Shown piece after piece: positions 34,446 to 47,158 of a stretch of 64,000 bases of DNA. This DNA comes from Antedon mediterranea. Taxonomy: Eukaryota; Animalia; Echinodermata. The DNA is taken from positions 12,186,948 to 12,250,947 of the forward strand of contig NC_092673.1 of NCBI RefSeq assembly GCF_964355755.1, in the 5' to 3' direction. Positions within the stretch are counted from its first letter, which is position 1. The number at the start of each line of letters is the position of its first letter. Both the position numbers and the translations under genes were made by a program. The notes under the pieces are model-generated. The model made no database searches. It was not told where the DNA came from and was given only the letters and a program-made list of their open reading frames with translations.

Positions 34446-37404
34446 TTACCTCTTAAAGTCATCGTTAAATTTTTTAATCCCAGCTGGGAGAAACGAATTT
34501 GAGTATCGACCCGTCCGCGCCAACACCGGCCTCAGTCTACCACTTCTACCAATGTGGCAGCGAAGAAGATCCGAATGAAGGGGGTGGCTTTCCTCCTCCA
34601 TGATCGCCTGTAAACCATTTTTCAATCGTTCTCCGTAGTGACAATCGTAGACTGAGTCCGCTGTCAGCGCCGACGAGCCAATCACTCTTAATGCCCTTTC
34701 TAACACTTTACATATGCGGCCCTTATCTCCCTTGTTTATGTTCCCACCCCAGCCTAATAGGCAATAATCCCAGATTGAAAAAATAACAGATGAATAGAAC
34801 ATAGTAAGTATCTCTTCCCTAACCCTAAAAACGTTCATTTTCCTCAAACAGTACAGTCTAGTATTTAATTTTTTAATTAGTTGATCAACATGCTCTCCCC
34901 ATGATAAATTATTGTCATACGTTACCCCAAGATACTTAACGATTTCTACCTCATGTCCTTTAATCTGGACAGGCTCAATTTCCCTTCTTTTTTTACGACG
35001 GAAATCTATTCGCATTTCTTTGGTTTTTGCTACATTAAGTTCCAGGAAATTGTCATCACAGTATTTCGTAAACCTAACTATTTCAGATTTGAAATTTGTA
35101 TCGTCATCCTCTTTTATTAAACCTATCATTGCAGAATCATCTGCAAATTTAATTACTGGACAGTCCGGGAACCTAGGTTGGAAATCCGACGTATACAATG
35201 TGAACAAAAACGATGCAAGTACAGTACCTTGTGGTGCTCCCGTATTTGTCCGAATAATGTCCGATTTGACATTTTGATTTAGCCTAACAAACTGGAGACG
35301 TCCAACGAGGAAGTTAAAAACGAACGAAATTAGTAAATTGGGGATATTCATGCCGAACAACTTATTAATTAAAATGTGTGATTGGATGGTATTAAAAGCT
35401 GAACTAAAGTCGAAGTACATAATCCTAACAGACGGGGATGTTCTCCAATTGTCAAGATGGGCATACATTTTTTCATTTTTGTATATTAATGCGTCTTCAG
35501 TGTTCCTGTTTCTCCGATAAGCGAACTGATGTGGGTCCAAAAAATCTGCAACTAATGGTTTCAGGCGTTTTAGAACAATCTTTTCACAAACTTTCATTGT
35601 GACGGATGTTAGCGCAACAGGTCTAAGATCGTTATAACACTGTATATTTTGTAGTTTAGGGATTGGGATGATGCATGACGTTTTCCAAGATTCCGGCAAG
35701 GTTTGTGTTTCATAAATCAAGTTAAAAATATATACAAAAATATCTGCCAATTGGGTTGCGCATAATTTAAGAACTTTGGGTAGAATTTGGTCTGGTCCAG
35801 CTGATTTGGATGCTTTCAGACCTTTAAAGTGGCTGGTAACTTCATCCGCATTTGTCTTAAAGGTCAAAACCACTTTCATCTGGTAAGGCCAACCTACTTT
35901 TGAATAAGATCTGTTCATCAGAAAAATTATAGCAATCGAACCTATTAAAAAAAGTATTTAATTCATTAGCATATTGCTTAGTCAAATTCGACACAATTCC
36001 ACTTCCTTGTGGCGATTTTGCATATCCGCTCATTTGCCTCATTCCCCTCCAAACCTTACTCATATCATTACCTACAAAATTTTCTTCTATTTCACGTTTG
36101 TACTTTAGTTTACTTTTACGTATTACTCGTTTAAGTTCCTTTTGGATTTTATTTAGTTCATTTACATCACCTCGATCGAAGGCCTGTCTCTTTTTCTTAA
36201 TAATATCTGTCACCTCCCCATTTATCCATGGTTTACGGTTTCCGTAGATTTTAACTTTCCTTTTTGGTATTACATTTTCAGTACAAAAGTTAATATATGC
36301 ACTAACCGCTTCCGTTACCTCGTCTGACCCGTTTGAATTTTCCGTAAAAACACTCCAGTCCGTAGTTTCAAATTCGCATTTCAGCTGTTCTATTGCATCT
36401 TGAGTCCACTTCTTAACAGTAATTACCCTGGGTTTCTGCCGTTGTACTAATGTACGATACTTGGGTTGTATGTAGTATAATTAAATTATGGTCAGATTTA
36501 CCAAGTTTCGGCAATTTTCTTGATAAATATGCGTGTTTTACGTTTGAATAACATACGTCAAGGGTAACAGATTCCCGCGTGCTGCACTTCACATGTTAGT
36601 AGTAGTAAACGCTACTCTTTTTTAGGGTACAATGATTAAAGTCTCCATTTATTACAATATATGCGTCAGGGGAAGCCGTTTCAATTTCCGCTATAACTAC
36701 GGTTAGTTCTCTTTGTGCTTCCTTGGCCAGATTTTTGTTTGGTATGTATACAACCACTAAAACAACATGGGACGTATAGAGAGTACCATTATTTCAACGT
36801 TAGGCGAGCAGCTGTTTTTCTTTAGATGCACATTATTTGGGTGACAATACCTTTCGCTTATATATGCCATAACACCGCCTCCTCTATTTTTTCCGGATTC
36901 AACAGTTCTATCACCTCTGAATAATGTAAACCCATCAATCCTAAAATGTTCGTCGCTTTTCTCTTCACTTAACCATGTTTCCGTAAAGGCCATCACACTA
37001 ACGGATCTATATTCATGCAAATGCATATTTGCATTTTTAATTCATCCATTTTATTTACAATTGAACGTGCGTTTCCCATAATGATTGTAGGCAAATAATG
37101 GTCTACATTTCCTAGCACGGAACCGTTTTCTAACTCCACTGGCCCTACCTCTTTTTCGCCGTCGCATCTCGAAAGGTATGTCACGCCATTTTCCAGCACC
37201 TGGGTATTCGATTTGGTTGCGTATGTCCTTCATTTCCATAGGCGTATAGCAAACAACCCTTGGCCTAGCTTGCGTCGGCTCATTGACGTTAAAAAACGGT
37301 CTAATCATGTTAACAATCACCACAAAAAGCGAAGAAAAAACAATAGTCAACATTAATACACCGAAAATCCACAATAAAAATACAGAAAAAATCACTACAC
37401 ACAT
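34446..37404 (-). pseudogene. Rex/Babar-like single EN-RT ORF with several frameshifts
   Basis: GNARSIVNK, FTETWL, RGGGV, GDFN, SDH, KPWI, RPVALTS, DFSSAFNTI, GAPQGTVL, KFADD. Confidence 0.9.
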
Positions 37405-37469
37405 CCAAAAAGCAACAAAATCAGGACAAGTGAGCTTGGTCGTCCGCAGTGAGCAGCGCCCGGTAAACC

Positions 37470-37740
37470 GTTTCGTCTGAAACCCATTCTTTGTGAAATA
37501 GCTGCCGTGATATTAATAGGGCTCCTCTCTGTGTAGTGTTCCCAGCAAATATGTACTAGTTATGTCATTTACAGCTTTACCTCCTGTAGCAATATTTACT
37601 AATGTGGTTGGTCAACAGTGGCGAATGGATTGCATGTAGGCCTACTATTTAGCTTAATGAGAAACTTGTCTACATCATTATTATCTCTCTCAATCCTCCG
37701 TCGACGTAACTGGTTAGCTGGTGTTTCACAATGCTAGAGA
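37470..37740 (-). pseudogene. Academ-like transposase relic, upstream half
   Basis: RRIERDNNDVDKF...NPF...LVNIATG...; joins 20627 in frame (VSDE-TRLLK). Confidence 0.6.
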
Positions 37741-37794
37741 TATAAAATTAGTAGTAGATCCGGGATATTGATTAAATGAAAAAAGTTTCCTAGT

Positions 37795-38300
37795 GTATAT
37801 TTTGACCAATCACAGGACGGGAAAAAACCGATCCGTCAAAAAACTGGGGGAGAGGGCGCGATCGAGTAAAAGTTTCATCTCGTCGCGGAAGAAGGAGGCT
37901 AGTCTCCTCTCTCCCAAAGATCGTATAGCGCCACGTACAGCAGCAGCGTTGTCGTTAAATAACTGATTTAGCCTAATATGATTAGGCCTAACTAGTTTAT
38001 TCGATTATAGAATGGCTTTCCTCTACTACTACGGCTAGAGTGCTACTATACTACCAAGAGGCCTATAGAGTCCTCTACTAGTCTAGTGTGTAGGGTCTAG
38101 CCTGGCCTCTCTGTCTGACTGGGCTGCCTATCATATTATTATTTAATTAAATTATAAACTAGGCCTAGTCTGAGGATAGGCCCTAGCTAGATAGGCCTAT
38201 CCTACTATACTAGGCTACTCTAGCAGCTACTTAAGGAGGCTTGGGCCTGCTGTTGGGTGACACTGAAAATAATGTAGGCCTACGTGTGTTTTGAGAGATC
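37795..38300 (+). promoter_or_regulatory. Probable promoter/5'UTR region of the polycystin-like gene
   Basis: GACCAATCAC CCAAT box at about 37805, GC-box-like GGGGAGAGGGCG, ETS-like GCGGAAG, and a locally CpG-richer stretch about 400-500 bp before the ATG. Confidence 0.45.
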
Positions 38301-38302
38301 CC

Positions 38303-38405
38303 ATGCAAACTTTGAACATGTTTCTTTACAAAACCATAACAAATGATCTTCTGCTGATGACTCTTATTATTATTTGGCATTTCCTACCACTGGTATTCCT
38401 GCATG
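38303..38405 (+). CDS. PKD1-like exon 1, signal-peptide-like leader (alternative ATG at 38318)
   Basis: MQTLNMFLYKTITNDLLLMTLIIIWHFLPLVFLH; donor G|GTAAGT, phase 1. Confidence 0.65.
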
Positions 38406-38846
38406 GTAAGTGAGAACACTACTACTAGCTAGGCTAACTACAGTGTAAACTGCATACATACAGTTTACACCGGTGAAATCTAAAAAAAAATTGATTTCAC
38501 CCAAATTGTCTTTTCTTCTTGTTTTTTTGTTCAGTTCTAGTCGGACTTGAGTATTATTATTTTAATCAAAATATTTATTTTATCACAATAGATTGTAATA
38601 AATTTAACAAAAGCATTTTGAAAAAAAATTGTTTGAAATTGTTTTGGATTTTTAGGTGAAAAAATTTTTTTAATTACAAATTTTATAGCGCAAACCTAAA
38701 AACCTTGTGCAAACCTCTTCCAAACCACTTAACATTGATCTTACACTACATTATGTTCTTGGAAATCCTATGAATGAGTTGATCATTTTAAAAACATTTA
38801 CCAGATCATCACATTTAATTTATAATTTCAATTTAATATTTTTTAG

Positions 38847-39638
38847 ATGTTTTCCAGGTTTCTGCCAAAGTTACCAAGTATGGCGATTCTACCACTTTCA
38901 ATTTCAACGTTGACTTTAATGCTGAACCAAACATTTTATGTGCTTGGTCATTTGGTGATGGTACAACAACCCTTACGCAGAAAAACATACTTAAAAATGA
39001 AGATATCTTGCATCACTATTATCAAGTTGGTTCATATCAAACTGTGACGTCATGTTTGACATCACAGGGTGTTCTTGACAGGATTACAACTGTTGTTGTA
39101 CAGAAATTGATTGATTATGTTGATTGTTTGATAGTTGATGAAAATCTTTCCGATCGTAACCTTTTTTTAGGTACAGAAAATGTTTTTTTAAAGTTTCAAA
39201 CAAAAAGTATTCAATCGCAAAAGTTTTACTGTGAAGTGGATGGTATTTACCTGAAAGATCCTATAAGCAATATAACATCTCTTTCAAATGAAGATATTAT
39301 TGAAGGTTTTCTCAAAATCCAGTCTTCCCTTCTTCAGTCGATGTTGGCAGGTGAACACATTGTCTCATTTGTTGTTTATAATAATATCCGAGGTTTGAAG
39401 TGTGATAAACAATTTATTTTGGTTGCTCCTTTAACAAATATGGCATTACGTATGTATGATAGCTTTGTTGAAGTTGGTAAAGAATTTGTTGTTGCTGTTT
39501 CTGCTGATGGAGGATACCCAGCAGATGTTAGATGGAAAGTGATTGAGAATGGCAATGTCATTTTGACAAGGAACAGCACAAAAGTTGGCTCAACAAGTCT
39601 GGAACTGGATTCCCAACTGCTTGCTCTAGATTTTCCAG
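38847..39638 (+). CDS. PKD1-like exon 2 (PKD domains)
   Basis: TTTTAG acceptor; CAWSFGDG..HHYYQVGSY PKD signature; open frame to the phase-1 donor at 39639. Confidence 0.85.
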
Positions 39639-40027
39639 GTGCGCTATTAACAAACATTTTTTAATCATTTTTAGTATTTTATAGTATAGTATTTTCTTGT
39701 TGTAGTAACATTAATAATTCTGCTAATGAATTGTTGGCGCAACAGTAAAGTAAAAGTAACATGTAAGCGAATACTAACATTTGATGTTAATTTTGTATCA
39801 AATTGTAAGTACTACAAAATATGTAATAGTAATTTAGAAAAATTCAGTAAAATAGATCTATTTTATTTAAACCACCTTTTGTAAATAAATTCTGGGGATA
39901 CTGTTTGTTTATATTTTGTGTACAACTACTATTTTCTTTAAAACAATACCTTTTGTAATAAACCTTTTTACTTTCCAAAAAGATTAATATTAATTTGATA
40001 TTTGTTGTAAAATCATTTTTATTTTAG

Positions 40028-40237
40028 GAACATACACAGTTGTGGTTACATATACAAATATTTTAATGCAACTTAGTCAAGATGCAAACATCACAATTCA
40101 GTATCCAATAAAAAACGTTATCATGATGACCAATAGTCCCCTTCATTATCCAGCTGAGGATAACATTGTTTTAACTATCATGTTTGGACATTTGCTACCA
40201 AGCAGACCATTCTACAATGTATCATTTGGAGAAGTCT
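40028..40237 (+). CDS. PKD1-like exon 3
   Basis: GTYTVVVTYTN...YNVSFGE; phases 1/1; donor GTAAGT. Confidence 0.85.
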
Positions 40238-40266
40238 GTAAGTATACTACTGTATGTTGTTTTTAA

Positions 40267-40863
40267 AGCTCAGGTACAGGCATGAATTTTAAATATAATA
40301 TCTGGTTAATTGTACATCAATCAAATATTTGTAACAGAAATCAAGACGAAAAAGCATGAATTTCACTTAAAATGGTCAAATACAAAATTTGGCAAAATTT
40401 TGCCATAAAAACAAGGAAGACTTTTTTTCAGTAGTTAGGTAGTTAATAACCTATTATGTAATAACATTTCTGGTGACTCCCTAGAAGGTGAAAAAAGATG
40501 GTGGATTTACAGTGGATAATTTTTGCTATAGCACGAAAATAAAAATCTGAATTTGAATAAAAATACTAGAAATGTAATATTCAAGTTATATTACCTATAT
40601 TTAGTCATCTGATAACATTTTTTACCACACCGTTAGTTTTCATAGCTTTTAAAAATGCCTCTCTATTTACAAAATTTGTGTATAAAAGAATAGAGATTTA
40701 CTGTGTAGGTTGAACTATCCCCCCACTGATAAGAAAGTGCTTATTTTCAACAAGCTCGTGTAACACAAATAAAATCCCAAAAATTATGAAACATAGGGGA
40801 AACTATAGATCGATAATTATTGGAATGTATGATCAATAGAAATTTTTTGTCCGCACCTGGCCT
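40267..40863. mobile_element. Kolobok-like MITE (about 600 bp) in intron 3
   Basis: TTAA on both flanks; imperfect 16-bp TIR AGCTCAGGTACAGGCA vs AGGCCAGGTGCGGACA (11/16). Confidence 0.5.
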
Positions 40864-43053
40864 TTAAACTTTAAAGCCTATTGTGTAATTGAATGAAATT
40901 GACAACTATCGGCAATCAAATTGAGAACATTATATCTTAAATCGCAAAGGTTAGAACATCAATTTTTTATTGATTTTTTTTGTCAAGACAAAATTATTAT
41001 AACTTACTAGTCTTGAAATCAACTGTTACATGGTAAGATGGATGCAACGGAAGTACAGTTCCATTCACTCTAGGGAGTCGATAATTCTACTAACTACACC
41101 TTGTCGTAGACCTAGTCCCAGTGAGTCGGTCCCTTCTAGAAAAATAGGGAACTGTAGACTTTGAGCCTGATTTAATATACCATCGGGAAACTTAAAATAG
41201 AAAATGAATATAAATTACGTCCTCAACTGTTGATTTTATCATTTTACCTGTTTTTACAAGTTGGTACAAAAGATCAATTCCTAATATAAACAAACTACAA
41301 ATAAATTATCGCTATGTCCTCACTTCCTTTCTAGATGTCTATGTAATAGATTAAGACGTTTAGACATTAAGTTTTCTGTAACTGTGAAACCTAACTTTTT
41401 TTATGAATTTTTGTTTTCTGAAAACTTCTGAACGAGAATGGTACAACATGAATTTAATGATAATTGGCCTTGGTTTTGCTTTTGTTGCATCAACTTTCAT
41501 TTTAATTGGCGATGCATTTCATCAAGATCGCTTTATTCAATTCTGTCTGTTATTTTATAGGCAATTAAATTAATATAGCTAATAGTGTCTTCTTCAAGTT
41601 TACCATGTTCTGTTGACTGAAAGCCTACTGCCCAACTCATCAAGCTTTTCCATCATGGTGCTTTTTTCTGTTAATAAAGATTTTCATTCTTGCGGCGGAT
41701 TTTATCAACATCGCCTGCAGTTAGGCCGTTGTCCTTGGTTATGTTACTCTGTTTAAACAGATTCCAAGACCGCCTCTAAAATATGTTTACTAAATGCAGA
41801 TATTAATGCTTTGTTGATTGGAATTTTATGTATTTTTACAAGGGACACTGGGGGCCAGGGGGCCGAGTTTATGCTAACGGCAGCGCTACTGTTCAAAGTG
41901 TACTGTCCAACTGGGCTGTAGTACACTTACAAGGGCAGTAAATAAAGGATCTAGCGGATCTTCGAAGTTGTCGCGCTTAAAAAAAACATTAGCCTATGAC
42001 CTTGCGCATAATGTAAAGGGTATAAACACAGATGAAAGCACAGCATCAGACATTAACTTTGTATTTATTTTTGTCCATCCTTTCATGAATTAATTTATAC
42101 TATTGTTTGTTTCTTTTACTATATTTATTTATTTTCTTGCGTTGCTGCAGGGCCCCTGGAGCTGGGGGCTCCGTGGCCTCTGGAGCTGCGGGGCTCCGGG
42201 GCCCCTGTGTTTAGCCAGTGAGCACTCATAGGTGTTACGTCACGCAACAGATTAATGAGTTGTACTGAAAGTGGAACTATCAACCCTACTACATGGGATT
42301 TCGTTTTCGGTCATTTAAAAAAAAACTAATCAAAATAAAGTGCTTTGTCCAGGTTGATTGTCGGAGACCTACAGTACTAATTATTTTCAGAACAACCAGT
42401 CAAATTAATTATATAAACCATGGTACACTTCCCAGCTATACTGTCAATCATACATTGGAAAGTAGTACTGTAGTAGTGTGCACTGGTCTAGTGAGATTTT
42501 CTCAACAGACATTTACATTGAAGGTTGTAATGGCATGTACTATTTTTCGCTAGTTTATCAAGGTATCTATATATAAAATTATGTAAGTGTATGTAAAATT
42601 TGGTAAATCGTGTGTTACATCTAGAAATTTTACTCGATGGGGTATAAAGTTGGTTCATACTTTTTGTACTGATTTTAACCACCTAATTTAAGTTGAGATT
42701 AGATAATTAGTTATTGACAATTAAAACAAATTTCTGATAGTGGTATACATTGTCAATGGATGTCGATGCTGAAAAATACCTGCACACGATAATACAAGGA
42801 TACTTCGCATTTACATCTCTTTCTACAATAATTTTAATAGCTGAAAACATCTTGAGTACCGTATCATAATGAAGACAATCCAACTTTATTTTTTAAATCT
42901 ATTTCAATAGATTTAATATCCTAATATCTTATATTTAATATTTATATATCTTTTTGTCTTTCTAAGTTGGAAATAAGAAAATTGTTCACTTACTAGGATT
43001 GAACCAATGAGATATTACTTAAATTCATTTACTTAATTTTTAATTAAAAACAG

Positions 43054-43233
43054 ATAACATCAAGAATATTGCAATAGAAGAAAATGAACAGGAATTCAAT
43101 ATCTCACAACAACTTGCACCATGTCTTTACAGTGTGACACTTGACATCTACAATGAGATCAGTGTTTTAAGAACACTAGAAAATATTGCTGTTCTTCAAG
43201 ATATATCAAATATCATAATTGTTTCTTATAAAG
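43054..43233 (+). CDS. PKD1-like exon 4
   Basis: 180-bp open exon (LYSVTLDIYNEIS) completing a PKD-like fold; phases 1/1; not in the supplied ORF track. Confidence 0.75.
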
Positions 43234-43769
43234 GTAGTGTAGCAATATAAATATCATTGAAGTAAAAAAAATGTTATTTATTTTAGATTTATTTATTTTC
43301 AACAGTAAATCATCATACCTAAATCTCATTGCAACTCGTAGAATTTCAATGGACCAGTTGTTAAAGATGTATGAAACCTGAAAAATGAAGATTAATCAAA
43401 TCAGATTTTGAATAGACCTAGACCATTTTGTAGTTTTAATAAAGTTAATCACTTCCACACGCAAAAAAAAATGTTTTAGACTTATAAAAAGAAAAAATGG
43501 CTAAATTCAACCAAAAACCCATTGACTGGCATCCAATTTGACTGGGGTTTTTTTCTTGTTTTTTTTTTCGATCCAATTGTTGGTCAAAGTGAAAAACTAT
43601 TATGGAACATCAAAATGGCATATTCAAATGCAAAATTATTTTTTCAGGGGTACAATATATTTTCACATATTCACCATGTCATTTTCACCCTGAGTTTATG
43701 AACAAAAAATCACCTGTCCTTCCATTTAGGTACAATAGTATAAATTGTTTACTTGTTTGTTATTTGTAG

Positions 43770-44741
43770 AAGGAAGTCATGTTCCTGCAACAATTCTTCC
43801 TATTGAATACCAAGTAAACTTTGAACTTGATGTCACTGGAACTGTTCAATGGGTTGAATGGAATTTTAATGGACAGGTTATTAATACTACAACTACTCAT
43901 AATACACGGAAATTTAAACAAGTTGGTTACAATAACATTTCTGTGACAGTTGGAAATACGTTTTCAACTGATAAGTCATCTTTGCAGATCAACCTTCTCC
44001 ATGGTATCACTGATGTACTTCTTGTAAACAATGGTCCTGTTCTGTGGACAGAAAACATTACATTTATCTTCTTTGTAAAGCACTTCGGAAGTGGATCAAA
44101 GTTTAATGTGAATACTGGTGATGGCAGTGTCCTGTCCTTAGACGAACCTGTGAAGCAACAGGATGTTCAAAAGTACCTACCAACAGGTTTAAATCTACCT
44201 TTTGATCCGGAAATGTACTACACTTCAATTCTACATTATGAGTATTCACTAGATGGAAGGTATACAGCTAATGCTACTGCCTGGAATCTTGTAAATTCAA
44301 GGACTTCATCTTCTATTGCATACGTCCAATTAAGACCATGTCAACTTCCAGACATCCACATTCGAGATGGAAGTGAAGTGACAAGTGATCTTTTTAAGTA
44401 TAAAAGATATCAAAATATTTTATTCATTCCTGTCATCAAATTAGATTGTCAAGGTTCTATACAAACTATTTTGGACTGGAAAGTATTTAAAATATCTGGT
44501 ACATTTTCAATTCCGGATGAAACAAATGAGTATCATCTACCCTCAAATATAAAGACATCATTAAAGGAGTTTTATATTCCAAGTTTTACTCTGGATTATG
44601 GTTATTATATTTTCCAATTGACAGTAACAATGGTTATGAGGGATGGCTCCATCGGAGTCAGTAATGTGGATCATAGCAAGCTAGAAGTTGTAGAAACTAG
44701 TCTTGTTGCTTGGATAATTGGTGGCTCATTGATAAGAACAG
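43770..44741 (+). CDS. PKD1-like exon 5 (PKD domains and start of REJ)
   Basis: WNFNG, GYNNISVTVGN, NTGDG, GRYTANATAWNLV, PCQLP, TLDYGYY, LVAWIIGG. Confidence 0.9.
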
Positions 44742-45056
44742 GTAAAATTGTGATTTTTCATTAATTAAATTAAGCAATAAGGTTAACCCTTCTTAAGTAG
44801 TACACTTGTTCATTACTAAAGATGCTGTATTTTATATTCTATTATTTTTGCTGTATAGTATAGAGATATAATTGAAGCAATTGAAAAATCTGACCAATTA
44901 ACTGATAAATGTAATTTCAATGATTTTTGTACTGTTTGGTAACAAAAGCGTTATCGCGTAATTCCTTTTTTACTTAACTTCATCGGTCTGGACATAAACA
45001 TAGAGAAGGAAATGTTTAATATAAAGAACTTTAATAATCAATTACATTTTTTTTAG

Positions 45057-45209
45057 GATGGTATAACAACATCACTATTGATGGTAGTGAATCTCATGAC
45101 CCTGACTCAGCTGTTGCAAAATTTGTTTATAACTGGTTCTGTAGAACAGAGAACGAGACATTTCCAGATGATTTCAATGAATTAATGAACACGAAAACAA
45201 TTTCAAAAG
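45057..45209 (+). CDS. PKD1-like exon 6 (REJ)
   Basis: ITIDGSESHDPD...YNWFC, the REJ hallmark; phases 1/1. Confidence 0.9.
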
Positions 45210-45985
45210 GTACTGTGATATTTTTTTCAATAAAGAAAAAACGGGAGATTGACATTTTCGAAACAATCATGGAACCATTTTCAAGATCAAATAAATATGA
45301 TGATGAAATAATTATAAGATTACATGCACCCAAGTTGAAGGCTAATTACATTTTATGTTTCCTTTTAGTTTTTCACTTCTTTTTTAAACATTGAAAATAT
45401 TGTCTGTATTTGTATTGTAAGTTTTTAACGTCTAGTTAGGAATGTTTTGTTATATTGCTCTAACAGGTGCAATATCTATACCGGATATGCTTTTTATCCT
45501 GTCTAAATCTGTTTTTAAATTTAAAAAAAATTAAATATTAACTATTACTATAGTTAAAAAATGTTGCTTATTATAGAATTCGAATGACGTGCTGGTTTCA
45601 ACTCTTTTATTCATAGAATTTGTCTAATATAGGCCACAACTAAATCTATAAAAAAAACTACTATGCTACAAACTATCAAATAAATAACAACTGTTTTTTA
45701 AATAAATATAATGTCCTAATTGCAGAAAACAAAAACAAAATCTTTTTAAAAGCGGTTATATACATTAACACATTAATAACGATATTACATAGTCTTTGTT
45801 TGGCCAGTCTACACCCAGCTTCGAGAAAATGCTATTGTTTTTAGCTTGTCTCACCTTGCTTTTCATACCTATCAGACACAATGCTCTTACTGTATATAGC
45901 TAGTTTCAATCCCTCCCACTGTGTGAACTTGCTATTGTTTAGCTTTTACTTATTGTCCCAGTTTCCTGGACTTGCATTCTCTCTC

Positions 45986-46019
45986 CTAAGGATGATCAAA
46001 TCATATTGATCAAAACGTT
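45986..46019 (+). other. Degenerate Penelope-type hammerhead motif
   Basis: CTAAGGA-T-GATCAA..TTGATC-AAAACGTT; stem II intact but both core boxes mutated. Confidence 0.35.
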
Positions 46020-46968
46020 CAGAACATATGTGGTGTACCGCAAACTTTATATCAATGATTACATTGTTTAAAAAATGCATGAACTGTTGATTGTCACTTT
46101 CTTTACAATCTAAAACTTGTTTGAACTACTTGTTACATAGTATTCCCAAGTAGCCCTCATCAGTACACTCGCAACACACTAATAGATATTAGAATAGCAG
46201 TTCAAGTTTTTAATACCGTACCTGTATCAGGTTTTCACACGACAAAACTGAGTAAATTAAGTTTTAAGGAAAGCAACCTTTAAAGGTGCAACCAAAAATA
46301 TTTAGGCAATTGCCTTTGAAAATTGGACATTATGATCACAAATAACAAAAATGTTGATTCAGTTACAAACAATGTCCAAATGACTCTAAACATGGAGTTG
46401 TTTCACCGTTCAATAAGCTTCTCACATACGACATTCATTCATACTTTATAAACACATCTGGCCTGTTACCAATGTCATTATGGTTATCATAGACTTAGAG
46501 GAAGTTAAAATGTTGAACAAGCTTTTAGAAGAATTGTCAAAGAGACAGTTGTTGATGTCACCAAATTGCACCTATAAAAGTGGCTCTATTATAGACAGCT
46601 CAATCTTGACTGACTAACAAATTGTTTTCCTGAAATGCTATACTTTGACCTAAATAAAAAGGTTGCTTGGTGAAAATTAAATCTATACAATTTGAAATTT
46701 AGTTTACAGGAAAACCTATATAGAACTCCAGATTGATAATTATGTGATATATTATTATATTTTTAAATTAATGAAAGTATGACCTGATGTGTACTGAACT
46801 TGAAATTATTATTATCATTGCAGCAAAATATGTATACAGTAGTACCTAAAATTGAACTTGAAAACTAAATTGTGACTTTATACTGACTAAATTGTTCAAA
46901 ATGTCAACATACAACCTCCATGGGACATTTATTGGAGACAATACTGTGATGATATTGTTTTATTTCAG

Positions 46969-47158
46969 GTGGTTGTTTACGAAACGGAATGCACATCAAA
47001 TCTAGTTATGAGAGTAAGCTCTTCATACCAGCTCAGACTCTTGAAGGCAATAACACATTTGTGTTTCGTCTAGTGATCACAGAACCGGGAAGAGATCCAA
47101 TTAGTACTCAACAAACTATATATATTAGTCCAGGACGTCCACCCTCACTTCATATACG
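46969..47158 (+). CDS. PKD1-like exon 7 (REJ)
   Basis: GGCL...TFVFRLVITEPGR...PPSLHI; phases 1/2. Confidence 0.88.

Larger units (their letters stand above)
20628..37469 (-). mobile_element. Rex1/Babar-like LINE, apparently full length, split in its 3'UTR by nested insertions
   Basis: Coding region 37404-34446; 3' tail AATAAA plus (TATCTG)n at 20628-20657; GTTT on both flanks (20624-27, 37470-73). Confidence 0.75.

Noticed and set aside
23955-37480. Numerous short plus-strand ORFs opposite LINE ORFs
   Set aside because: Antisense shadows of minus-strand coding sequence.
41840-42245. GC-rich GGGGCC/GGCCCC patches suggesting hAT ends
   Set aside because: No matching TIR pair or TSD could be defined.
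42293-42553. ORF as an additional polycystin exon
   Set aside because: Exon 3 splices in phase to 43054, which completes the PKD-like domain; no family motif here.
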